From positions 896,001-960,000 of the forward strand of contig CAXXOU010000004.1 in assembly GCA_963677495.2 (NCBI GenBank): a DNA stretch of 64,000 nucleotides, in the 5' to 3' direction. Below the pieces are notes generated by a model. The model was not told the origin of the DNA, searched no databases, and saw nothing but the letters and a program-made list of their open reading frames with translations. The translations under genes and the position numbers were made by a program. Within the stretch, counting starts at the first letter, position 1, and each line of letters begins with the position of its first letter. Shown piece by piece: positions 42,649 to 52,016 of this stretch. Source of the stretch: Candidatus Cloacimonadales bacterium. Its GTDB lineage: Bacteria; Cloacimonadota; Cloacimonadia; Cloacimonadales; JAFGVF01.

Positions 42649-43644
42649 CTATTTAATCACAGTGAAACCATTAAGTGGACCTTTATCAGAAAGAGTGAAA
42701 TAGCAGGCAACTACGTTCTTATACTTTGCATATAATCTAGCAAGTGTAGGCATATTTATTCCCCCGGACTTTACCTCAATCAATGAATCATTCTCCAATC
42801 GATATAGTTTCGTATGTGATGGACCGGATAATGATTTATGGATAATAGAATAGTAAGTATCCATTTCTGATTGTATCATCGAGAAGTTTGTAGCCATATT
42901 AACATTGATATCTATCTGATTCATCTCTTTACCAGAATCTGATATATCTGTTATTTTCAGTACTCCCTGTCTATTCAAATAATGAATCCTTAGCTGATTA
43001 TTAAAAATCGATAGTTTACATGGCTCATTGTCTAGTGTATCAAATTGATATAGAAGCTGATGACTACCGGTATATATTGAAGACTTTGAGCTAACAACAT
43101 CATAAACTAATGAGTAGTTCGTTCTATTAGCACATGCTGAATCTCTATAATTTGTACCTTTCACAACTTGATTCTTTATAATCTTTAGATTCTCATCTAA
43201 CTCAATTAAACTTGCTTCCTTTATTTCTGATTGCCCACCAATCAAAATTGATTTATAATTAGTTTGTTTTAAAGATATAGCTTCTAGAGGTAGGGAGGTA
43301 GTACGTTGTAAAACTCCCATAGAATTAAAATCAAGTAAGTATGAAGTAAATTTACCTTTTGTTGAAAAAAGAACGCTAAAAGTATCATTTTGCTCTATAC
43401 TTCCCACAAAAACTAATGAATCACCTAGTGTCTTTTCATACTTCGTATTGTTCTGCCAATCAGTGAGTAGAAGATATGTCTCAAATGGCTTCTTGGAAAT
43501 ATCATAAGCAATGATAGAAACAGTCTCATTATTAGTCATAACTATGTTTTGATAGAGTAGTATTTTATTGGGCACTACTGTTTCTGTACATGCAAGCGTG
43601 AGAGTTAAGATAGCAATTAAGCTAAGGTAGGACAACAATTTCAT
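42649..43644 (-). CDS. Hypothetical lipoprotein (paralog of the adjacent gene)
   Basis: Lipobox LTLAC; Y..SK.P.ET.LL motif shared with 43622-44623. Confidence 0.6.
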   Translation of the reverse strand: MKLLSYLSLIAILTLTLACTETVVPNKILLYQNIVMTNNETVSIIAYDISKKPFETYLLLTDWQNNTKYEKTLGDSLVFVGSIEQNDTFSVLFSTKGKFTSYLLDFNSMGVLQRTTSLPLEAISLKQTNYKSILIGGQSEIKEASLIELDENLKIIKNQVVKGTNYRDSACANRTNYSLVYDVVSSKSSIYTGSHQLLYQFDTLDNEPCKLSIFNNQLRIHYLNRQGVLKITDISDSGKEMNQIDINVNMATNFSMIQSEMDTYYSIIHKSLSGPSHTKLYRLENDSLIEVKSGGINMPTLARLYAKYKNVVACYFTLSDKGPLNGFTVIK

Positions 43645-44623
43645 TATGATTAGCTCCATTTATATCTACTTGATAACCGGTTGAGAATACAGTGCCTTCG
43701 AATTCAAAGGGATAGGAATAAATTGCATTCTTAGTACCTCTAAACTTAACTTTCTGAAATTCATCAAACTTAAGAGTATAGAAATTTGTTTCAGTTTTTC
43801 CATTAGTGCTTGAGAATTGGGTTAAATAGTAGAATTTGTTAATAGTGGAAGAGAACACTTGAAAAAAATCACTTCTTTTGATTTTAAAGGATTGATTAGA
43901 AACAACTCTATTAAGAATATTAAACTTAGTTAACTGAATCTCTTCACTATTTACCTGGGTATGCAATTGAATCATGTTTCTCTGTTTAGTTAAGGCACAA
44001 TTCAAAGCATTTTTATTCGTAAACTGGTAGATGGAATCTGAATTTCCTCTATATATATTGCATTTACGGGTTTTCTTATTCATGGAGACATAGATAAACT
44101 GCTCATCTATGAGTATAGCATCAAAAAATATATCACCTTTAAGAGGAATGAACTTCGAGGGTTTAATAAAAGCATCTAAAGTAACTACAATAGGTTTGCT
44201 GTTCTTATCATGTCCAGGCAACACATACCCACCTTTTGGGTGAAGTAACAGCTTTTCAGCTATGAAATCAAAGGTATTTGACTGTACTGTAATTCCTTCT
44301 TTGTCGACTAGTTGAATTATCGATTTGTTTTCAGCTGTATTAAGCAGGAGAACCGTGTTATCTCCTTTTGATTCAGAATCTTTTAGATACATCGACTTAC
44401 CAAGTAAGCGTTTATTAGTAATTTGTCCGGAATCATCTGATTGTAAAAGGAAGGTCTCAGGTGGATTTTTAGAAAGATTATATCCAACAATCTTAAAGCT
44501 TTCAGAAAAGTTCACAATCTCTGAGAATAGAAATAGTTCTCCTGAAACAACTTTTGGGCTGCAGGATAAAAGTATCAATATAACTAGAACAAATAGATAT
44601 CTAAAGATTTTTATATACTTCAT
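43622..44623 (-). CDS. Hypothetical lipoprotein
   Basis: Lipobox LLSC; beta-rich; paralogous N-terminus. Confidence 0.6.
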   Translation of the reverse strand: MKYIKIFRYLFVLVILILLSCSPKVVSGELFLFSEIVNFSESFKIVGYNLSKNPPETFLLQSDDSGQITNKRLLGKSMYLKDSESKGDNTVLLLNTAENKSIIQLVDKEGITVQSNTFDFIAEKLLLHPKGGYVLPGHDKNSKPIVVTLDAFIKPSKFIPLKGDIFFDAILIDEQFIYVSMNKKTRKCNIYRGNSDSIYQFTNKNALNCALTKQRNMIQLHTQVNSEEIQLTKFNILNRVVSNQSFKIKRSDFFQVFSSTINKFYYLTQFSSTNGKTETNFYTLKFDEFQKVKFRGTKNAIYSYPFEFEGTVFSTGYQVDINGANHNEIVVLP

Positions 44624-44676
44624 TAGTACCACCTGAATGTGAGTTAATATTGAGCTTATATGCTGTCAAACAAAAA

Positions 44677-44699
44677 GGCTGCTGATTAAATCAGCAGCC
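44677..44699 (-). terminator. Intrinsic terminator
   Basis: ggctgctgatt-a-aatcagcagcc preceded by A-run. Confidence 0.75.
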
Positions 44700-44721
44700 A
44701 ATACAAGTTTATGTATAATTT

Positions 44722-47700
44722 CTACTTCATAAGAATTGTTTTCTTAGTAGAAACAGTATCGTTATCAGCTTTAAGTCTATAGAAATAAACACCTGAACTA
44801 AGATTTTCAGGTTCCCAAATCACTCTGCCGGTTTCTCTGGCATCACGATCAAGGTGAATAGTTTCTTTCTTCTGACCTTTAATGTTGAATACTTCAATTC
44901 TTGCATTTTGAACATCATCTTTCAAGCTGAATGCAATTGTTGTAGATGGGTTGAAAGGACTTGGATAGTTGCCATGAAGCATATTAGCAGATGTTACAAA
45001 CTGTACATCTTCTTCTGTATCAACTGTTTGGTTGTAAACAACAACGTCGTCAATATACCATCCTTCACCACCAACGTATCCATCAGAGCCGAATACGAAT
45101 CTGAATCTAACGCTACCGGAAGTGTCACCTAAATCAAATACAGCTTGTGTCCAATCAAATGAACCTGAATAGCATTCCTGATAAGCATCAAACGGAGATG
45201 CAGGATTGTCTGTTATCATATTAGGATAGTTACCTTCAGGGTGAATTGTTTCCCAAGCACCACCTTGAACAGACATCTGTACTAAACCACCATCCCAAGC
45301 CATATAGTTAGCATCATCTTCTGCATCCATCCAATGGAAGAACTGAAGTTCACTATCGGGAAGTATATTCAGTTCCATTGTTTCAAGCGCACCATGTGAA
45401 CTATTTGCATATTCCTGTCCACCGGTTGCACCAAATTTCATACTGTAGTTACCTGCGGTAGTATTGTTTCTTTGTGATGAACGATGCCACTGGTTAGCAA
45501 ATTCAGGTGTAATGATATAGTTTTGGAAATTATGTTCGCTTGGCTCAAAAGAGAATGAACCTGAACTTACATAAACACTAATGATATCTTCAATTGAATT
45601 AGTACCACTACCACCTGCGAAGTAGTTTATATCAATTTGAGTATCAAGTGGACAATTCTCTGAAACTTGAAGTGTCAAAGGAACCGTATTTGTACCGGTA
45701 CCATTTACAGGAATTGATTCAACTATTACGTCAGTTGAGTTCAATGCTATATAAGGAGATGTGTTAATAAGGAATACCATCACATCTGATGCTGGAGCAG
45801 AACCACTATTCTCAAATGTGAAGTAAACTTCTACATCGTCACCCGGTGCTACAAAATAGTTATCACTAATAACGTTAATGTTATCTAATCTAAGGTTAGC
45901 AGCATTAAGTGTGATATTAGATGAGAAGTTAGTAAGGTTTCCATTAAATGTAGCTGTATAGTTTAACTCAACTTCAGTTAAGTCTGTGAATGATCCATTA
46001 ATAATGATTTCAAAAGCATTAGTAATTGAAACTTCCTGGGCATCAGTTAAATCATCAATAGTGATTGTGTTGTTTACAATCTCAATAATATCTGATTGAG
46101 AAGAAAGTGTTAGTGTACCACTTGCATCTGTATCCTGTTGTCCAATATTTTCTACAACAACATCGATAAACACATTATCACCTTGAACAAACAAGTTATC
46201 ATCATCGTGGTAGTTTGTTGAAACACAAGTTACGTAAGGTTCGTTTGAAGGGATTACGTTGAAGTTATAAGTAGTAACATAATAGTTATTTCCTTCTACA
46301 ATAAGCTGATATTGTCCTGGAAGAACTGCTTGATCAAAGAGAGCATAGACAAAACCAAAGTCATCTGCTTCACCCATGTAGATAAGCTCGTTACCAGCCA
46401 AAATTCTAGCTTTTGCATTAGGAATACCTACATCAAAGTTAGCAACAAATGATCCACCTGTTACTTCACCTAATTGTTGTATGTTAGCATACTGAGGAGT
46501 AGCTGTCCATTCGCGCATACCGGGATCACCAAAGAGGTTAACCTGATAATAGCACCAGTACATTGTTCCCGGATCCAAGAAAGGAATAACATCAGCTTTT
46601 GAATCAGCTACAGCCCAACCTATTTCATTAATCTCTTCACCAAAAAGGGCATCAATAAATTCTCTATGGTAATACTGTGATGGTCCGTTAGTACTTCCGT
46701 TGCTTCCCCAACCGTATCTTGAGTTAGAAATCATGGCAACAACACCGTTTTCAATAGCTTGGAAACGTTCTGTTATACAATCATCTGTGTAGTATCCGGG
46801 GCTTGTCTCACGGTTATCAAATGCACCACCATAACAACCTTGTGTAAACACAGTACTGAAGTTATGGTTAGATCCATTGTTAGTAATATTTGTATTAGTT
46901 ATATGGCTATTACTCAGGCGCATTGTATAGGTTGTAGCTGAATGACCAAGATGGTTAACAAAGTTATATCCATTACTTAATGCTGTAAGGATAGTATTTG
47001 CACCCCAGCTACCGTCACCACCTAAATCACGGTCATATATAGTATCGATAGTCCAAGATGAAGGAACACCAATAGTAGTGTAACCATGCATTGAAGAACC
47101 ATCAATCATCTCATCCATGTAATCTCCACCATAGGTAGGAGCATCCCAAAGATATTCACCAACCATAAGGTTAGTCTCAATCTCATTCTCTACAGGGATA
47201 GTTTGGTATGATATGATTTTGTTAATAGCGTTTTGAATCTCAGCGTTATTGTTATAACAGATACGTCCAACAGCAACTTCCTGTATCAAGTCAGTTTCCA
47301 TTAACTCACCGTAAAGATTATCACCATCATCATTCCATGTACCGTCTAAAGAACCGTAATAGATATCAGCTGGTATATCTTCATCAGTATAACTTGCTTC
47401 TTGCATCTGTACATAGAAACCTCTATGTGGAATTACATCAGTGTCTCCACCGAGTAACACAGAAGTGATATTGTTGTTTGTATATTCATCAATAATTGTA
47501 TTTCTAATCTTATCCTGAAGGTCATTACCTGTTCCCATGGCTGCAATATCTTGTACAGTAATGTACTCCATTCTAGCACCTTTAGATGCATAGAAATCCA
47601 TTAAGGGTTGCCATTGAGCAACTTTTGATTGATCCATAATAAGTAAATACTCGTATCCATTAGGTACAGCAACTCTTTGTATTGTTGGTAAAGCATTCTG

Positions 47701-48297
47701 ATTATCAACTAATTTACTGAGTCTATCTAAAGTTTTACTATCACTACGATACTTGCTAGTAGCATTACTTGCTCTAAGTGTACTGCTTGTCTCCATAATA
47801 ACTGTTACGCTTCTATAGAAAGTAATTTCTCCAGATACAGGGTTGTATTCAAAAGGAGAGAAGGAAGCAAAGCCGACAGCATGACCTGAAAGGAAATGTG
47901 TGCTTAAGTTTCTATATTCATCATATGGAAAGAGTCTACTGTCATCATAAATAGCATTGTTCTGCTCAGTGAAAATAGGCTCTCCTTCAAAACTAAGAGG
48001 ATAACTCTCTTGAATTGGTTCGATGTTAAAAGTACCATTGAGTTTCTCAGGTAATCTCTTTACAACTTTAATTTCAGAAACCTCTACACCTGACCCGATA
48101 TAAAGCTTAGTACCTGCCCATGGTAATGAAGGTTCTCCGGGTGTACCGGTATTCATAGTACCGGGTAATGTAATTGTGTCATAACTACCATTTGTTCCAA
48201 TAACAGGGTTACTGAAACTGTAATCCATTCTGACTGATGTTGCAGACAAAGCAGCAAACAACAGTGTTAGAATAGCAACAGAAATAATCTTCTTCAT
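44722..48297 (-). CDS. C25 (gingipain-like) cysteine peptidase with propeptide and FlgD-Ig/T9SS-like CTD
   Basis: GEPSLP propeptide, LLGGD, VGRI, NHLGH, QGCY; NYPSPFNP...SGVYFY...K.ILMK. Confidence 0.88.
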   Translation of the reverse strand: MKKIISVAILTLLFAALSATSVRMDYSFSNPVIGTNGSYDTITLPGTMNTGTPGEPSLPWAGTKLYIGSGVEVSEIKVVKRLPEKLNGTFNIEPIQESYPLSFEGEPIFTEQNNAIYDDSRLFPYDEYRNLSTHFLSGHAVGFASFSPFEYNPVSGEITFYRSVTVIMETSSTLRASNATSKYRSDSKTLDRLSKLVDNQNALPTIQRVAVPNGYEYLLIMDQSKVAQWQPLMDFYASKGARMEYITVQDIAAMGTGNDLQDKIRNTIIDEYTNNNITSVLLGGDTDVIPHRGFYVQMQEASYTDEDIPADIYYGSLDGTWNDDGDNLYGELMETDLIQEVAVGRICYNNNAEIQNAINKIISYQTIPVENEIETNLMVGEYLWDAPTYGGDYMDEMIDGSSMHGYTTIGVPSSWTIDTIYDRDLGGDGSWGANTILTALSNGYNFVNHLGHSATTYTMRLSNSHITNTNITNNGSNHNFSTVFTQGCYGGAFDNRETSPGYYTDDCITERFQAIENGVVAMISNSRYGWGSNGSTNGPSQYYHREFIDALFGEEINEIGWAVADSKADVIPFLDPGTMYWCYYQVNLFGDPGMREWTATPQYANIQQLGEVTGGSFVANFDVGIPNAKARILAGNELIYMGEADDFGFVYALFDQAVLPGQYQLIVEGNNYYVTTYNFNVIPSNEPYVTCVSTNYHDDDNLFVQGDNVFIDVVVENIGQQDTDASGTLTLSSQSDIIEIVNNTITIDDLTDAQEVSITNAFEIIINGSFTDLTEVELNYTATFNGNLTNFSSNITLNAANLRLDNINVISDNYFVAPGDDVEVYFTFENSGSAPASDVMVFLINTSPYIALNSTDVIVESIPVNGTGTNTVPLTLQVSENCPLDTQIDINYFAGGSGTNSIEDIISVYVSSGSFSFEPSEHNFQNYIITPEFANQWHRSSQRNNTTAGNYSMKFGATGGQEYANSSHGALETMELNILPDSELQFFHWMDAEDDANYMAWDGGLVQMSVQGGAWETIHPEGNYPNMITDNPASPFDAYQECYSGSFDWTQAVFDLGDTSGSVRFRFVFGSDGYVGGEGWYIDDVVVYNQTVDTEEDVQFVTSANMLHGNYPSPFNPSTTIAFSLKDDVQNARIEVFNIKGQKKETIHLDRDARETGRVIWEPENLSSGVYFYRLKADNDTVSTKKTILMK

Positions 48298-48343
48298 AAT
48301 TTCTCCATCCTGTATATTTATTCTTTCATCTATCTATAACTTA

Positions 48344-48359
48344 TGCAAATTTAGTTCCG
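48344..48359 (-). promoter_or_regulatory. Putative sigma-54 promoter for the C25 peptidase
   Basis: Minus strand CGGAACTAAATTTGCA = GG-N10-GC, ~47 bp before the start codon. Confidence 0.55.
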
Positions 48360-48564
48360 ATATTAAGTTCATATCATTTCAATATGGTAACAAGACAGTA
48401 TAAATAGGGCTTCCTAGCGTGCAAGATATAATTTCTATAGCATAATGATATAGCAGTATCAAAAGTATATATTAGTCAACTTTGTTCACACTTATTAAAT
48501 CTAGTTTGTAACTATTCCGAGTTGTATTTGTTTATGTTAGTGAAAAATGTTATGAGGAGAAATT

Positions 48565-50016
48565 ATGACTAACTTAAAGAGAATCACATTCCTGATAGCG
48601 ATACTGATGTTAATTCAAGGAATCTGGGCTCAATACCCACTTAATGAAAAAGGACAAAGCCCATTTGTAGATGTTGTTAAGAATAGCGGAGACGCTGTAG
48701 TACAGATAAAGGTAGAGGGTGAAGTTGAAAGCTCAAGGAGTATGACTTCTGAGCTATTTCCATTCTATTTCCCTCAGCAGAGGATGCCACAATCAAGACC
48801 ATTCAAATCAATGGGTAGTGGATTTATTATTAAACATGATAAGAAAAGTAGAGAGACCTGGATTGTAACAAACAACCATGTTGTCGAGTTAGGGGAGAAA
48901 GGCACTATCACAGTTACTCTTGCTGATAAGCGAAAGTATGAAGCTGAGATAGTAGGACTAGATCCGAAAACCGACCTGGCAGTTATCAAGATAGAAGTCG
49001 ATAAAGATGAAAAGATAACATCACTTGATTGGGGAAACTCCAATGCTCTTGATATTGGTGACTGGGTGATCGCAATCGGTAATCCATTCGGAGATGTAGG
49101 TCTTGATAGAACTGTTACAGTTGGTGTTGTTTCAGCTAAAGGACGTTCAGGGTTGAACTTCGGACAAGGTTCCCCTGTTTATCAAGATTATATCCAAACC
49201 GATGCATCTATCAATCCCGGTAACAGTGGAGGTCCCCTTTTAGGGCTATCCGGTGATGTTATTGGTGTTAATGCAGCTATTACAAGTCCTAATGGTGGTA
49301 ACATAGGTATCGGATTCGCGATCCCCTCTACTATCGCTCAGAAAGTAGTTTCAGATATTATTAAAGATAAGGAAGTACACAGAGCTTATCTCGGAATTGC
49401 ACCACAAGAGATTGATGACACTCTCAAAGAGACATTTGACCTGAAAGAGGTAGCTGGTGTTCTTGTCTCACAAGTTGTTGAAGACACTCCGGCAGATAAG
49501 GCAGGACTTAAAAAAGGCGACGTTATTCTTGAAATCGATGACATGAAAGTTCCAAACGTTGCTCTTTTCCGAATCGCAATCGCACATAGACCAATCGGTG
49601 TACCTGTTACAATGAAAATTAACCGTAAAAATAAGATTAAATATTTAAAAGCAACCCTTACTAAGTACCCTGAAGATGGTGAAGCAGGATATATTGCAAA
49701 AGCAGAAGCTGAGACCAAAGAGATTGGTATTGAAGTAGTGAATACTAATAGTGAGATTGGAGAGAAGCTTAAGCTTGATGAGATGGATGGTGTTATAATT
49801 AAATCTATCAAAGATGACTCACCTGCTGAAAAAGCCGGACTCCAGGTAGGACTCGTTATCCTTGAAGTTAATGAAGAGAAAGTAAACTCAGTAAGAGATT
49901 ATGAGAAGAAGATGAAATCAATCCTCAAAAACAAAGATAAAGACAACAGAGTTGTATTGCTTTATGTTGCTGATAAGCAAGGAAACAAGAAGTTCGTTGC
50001 TGTTGAAATTGAATAG
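48565..50016 (+). CDS. degP: DegP/HtrA (Do family) serine protease with two PDZ domains
   Basis: GSGFII, TNNHVV, DLAVIK, IQTDASINPGNSGGPL. Confidence 0.95.
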   Translation: MTNLKRITFLIAILMLIQGIWAQYPLNEKGQSPFVDVVKNSGDAVVQIKVEGEVESSRSMTSELFPFYFPQQRMPQSRPFKSMGSGFIIKHDKKSRETWIVTNNHVVELGEKGTITVTLADKRKYEAEIVGLDPKTDLAVIKIEVDKDEKITSLDWGNSNALDIGDWVIAIGNPFGDVGLDRTVTVGVVSAKGRSGLNFGQGSPVYQDYIQTDASINPGNSGGPLLGLSGDVIGVNAAITSPNGGNIGIGFAIPSTIAQKVVSDIIKDKEVHRAYLGIAPQEIDDTLKETFDLKEVAGVLVSQVVEDTPADKAGLKKGDVILEIDDMKVPNVALFRIAIAHRPIGVPVTMKINRKNKIKYLKATLTKYPEDGEAGYIAKAEAETKEIGIEVVNTNSEIGEKLKLDEMDGVIIKSIKDDSPAEKAGLQVGLVILEVNEEKVNSVRDYEKKMKSILKNKDKDNRVVLLYVADKQGNKKFVAVEIE

Positions 50017-50038
50017 TAGATAGTGATATAATGAATAT

Positions 50039-50099
50039 AGCGGAAGTCCAAGGACTTCCGCTGTATTTGTTGCAACGTAACTCAGCAGTCTCGACTGAG
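50039..50099. repeat. Hairpins between convergent genes (terminator or REP-like)
   Basis: agcggaagtcc-aa-ggacttccgct, then ctcag..ctgag. Confidence 0.55.
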
Positions 50100-50146
50100 A
50101 ATAACGCCCCGGAGATACGTTTTACGTAACTCAAAAAGCTGCCCTC

Positions 50147-50602
50147 TTATTCCACAATCCAATGCGTCAGATCTTCATATCGTGGAATCATAGGTAACAA
50201 TCCATTATCAACTGCTTCACTGACAGTTCTTATCGGCAAGTCCATATCAACTACTACCTCTGGTGTGACTGTCGTCAAATCTACGGGATAACCGTCTTTC
50301 TTCAATTTAAACATCATCTTCATCAAAAGAGATGCATAACTTGGAGGTCTACATTTGTGCGTATGTGATAGGTTATACCTATCTGTGTAATCTTTCAAAT
50401 CATCGATGTATTCGGGATTTAGATGTGTTTTGTAAACTGCTATGTTTTTAGAAACATCTCCCATATAATGATTATGGTCTGTGATTTCAGGCATTACAAA
50501 TTCTCTAACCCACATGATGTTTCCATCTTCATCACAGCAATAAACAAGTTTTCCATGTTTACCTGATAGTGATTTGAAAGGAAATGCTAAATAACTTTTC
50601 AT
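50147..50602 (-). CDS. Uncharacterised 151-aa protein
   Basis: AGGAG RBS; N-terminal LSGK.GKLVY...G....VR and C-terminal VDL.TVT...DLPIRTV.EAV..GLLP; no function recognised. Confidence 0.75.
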   Translation of the reverse strand: MKSYLAFPFKSLSGKHGKLVYCCDEDGNIMWVREFVMPEITDHNHYMGDVSKNIAVYKTHLNPEYIDDLKDYTDRYNLSHTHKCRPPSYASLLMKMMFKLKKDGYPVDLTTVTPEVVVDMDLPIRTVSEAVDNGLLPMIPRYEDLTHWIVE

Positions 50603-50726
50603 TTTGATCTCCTTTTTTTCCTTTTCACTATCCCTTGCTCACAAAACCTTTAATTTAGTCACAAACATCCAAACTTATTTTAAAAACTTACAAATATCTG
50701 TTAATTTCTGCTTCTCTGTATCTTAG

Positions 50727-50884
50727 TTTTCTCTCTTCTCTCAGCAGTAATAAGTGATTTTATACTAGTTCTAGCTTGGTCTTATGTTGGAATAATCTTA
50801 GTAATTAGGCCAAGGATAGGCCAAGTGTTTGCCAGGAATTTACCAAGTGTTTGCTAAGAATTAATGCCGAGAGAAGAGGGGAAA
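50727..50884. repeat. 11-bp-phased inverted array, CCAAG type (copy B')
   Basis: Imperfect TIR 50727-50751 / 50860-50884; cttgg-like at 50764, 50775, 50786, 50797; ccaag-like at 50810, 50821, 50832, 50843, 50854; core nearly identical to copy B. Confidence 0.9.
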
Positions 50885-51041
50885 GTGAAACAGATTTTCC
50901 TGTATTGATAGTGTTTAAAAGGAACAGAAGGGTATAAACATACTGTCATATTAAGTTAACTAAGACTATTACAGAATTATGTAATCTCAATAGTAATCTT
51001 TTACCGATGATACTAGTACCGTTTCGATTGAATTACAAAAA

Positions 51042-51067
51042 AACGGGAAGCATTTCTGCTTCCCGTT
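51042..51067 (-). terminator. Intrinsic terminator
   Basis: aacgggaagca-tttc-tgcttcccgtt with A-run on the left. Confidence 0.8.
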
Positions 51068-51085
51068 ACTATTCTATGTAATTTA

Positions 51086-51919
51086 TTAGAATAAATTGTA
51101 TGTTACAGCAACACCGAGTGTTTCTTTGTAATAGATATCTTCATCGATTTCTTTGTCATAATTGAGTTCGAAGTAGAAACCTACACCGACATACTTCATG
51201 ACTTGAATAGTAAGATCATTTTTCCACTGTACATCAAGAGCTTTCCATTCATCCATATCTTCATATAAACCATCAGCTTCTGAGTTGATTAAAGCTTGAT
51301 AGAGACGTAATTCAGATTTGAACTTTGCCATTTTTCCCATGAATACTTCAGAATATTTAGTTACAGATTCGATACCAGAGTCGATAATTGTTGTTTGTCC
51401 TCTTGTCGCAAACTGTCTTGCAGCCCAACCTAATCTGCTGTGAAACTCTCTGTTTTCAAGTTTTACAAAGTATTTTCCAATACCAACAGCTTCAGACCAA
51501 AGGTTTGTATCGAAGAGTTCATTTTCCATGTTTGTGAAATATGTTTCATCTCTAACTGAAGCAAAGAGTGTATAGTGTTTGCTTACATTAAAATCAAAAA
51601 TTGACTCTAAAACGATCTGGTCTTCTGCTTCAGTTGGTTTAAGCCATTCTTCAGTAGTCTTGTTATATGTATGTTTCTGTCCCCATTTCAACTCAGCAGT
51701 ATTAGTCCAATATACTAATTCTGAAAGTGGTCTTTCAGCTGACATATTGACTCTTGCTACCCAATCGATTGCACTTTCTTCATCTCCATTCCAATTGTCA
51801 CTATAATAGCTTTGGTTAAGTAATAGATTTAGGTCACCTTTCACAACCCAAGGTGTTTGTGCGAGCAACATAGATAAACCCATAATTAAAATAAATAAAA
51901 CGGATAGTTTCTTAAACAT
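51086..51919 (-). CDS. DUF3078-like outer-membrane beta-barrel protein
   Basis: Signal peptide, NQ.YYSDNW.G, C-terminal YNLF. Confidence 0.7.
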   Translation of the reverse strand: MFKKLSVLFILIMGLSMLLAQTPWVVKGDLNLLLNQSYYSDNWNGDEESAIDWVARVNMSAERPLSELVYWTNTAELKWGQKHTYNKTTEEWLKPTEAEDQIVLESIFDFNVSKHYTLFASVRDETYFTNMENELFDTNLWSEAVGIGKYFVKLENREFHSRLGWAARQFATRGQTTIIDSGIESVTKYSEVFMGKMAKFKSELRLYQALINSEADGLYEDMDEWKALDVQWKNDLTIQVMKYVGVGFYFELNYDKEIDEDIYYKETLGVAVTYNLF

Positions 51920-51965
51920 ATCTCCTCCTTTTTGTTCAGGTAAATATTATCCAAAAAAAAGAAGA

Positions 51966-51993
51966 GGGCAAGAAATATTTCATTCTTGCCCTT
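51966..51993 (-). terminator. Intrinsic terminator after lysS
   Basis: agggcaagaa...ttcttgccct. Confidence 0.7.
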
Positions 51994-52016
51994 AATATTT
52001 GTTAAGTTATGATTAA

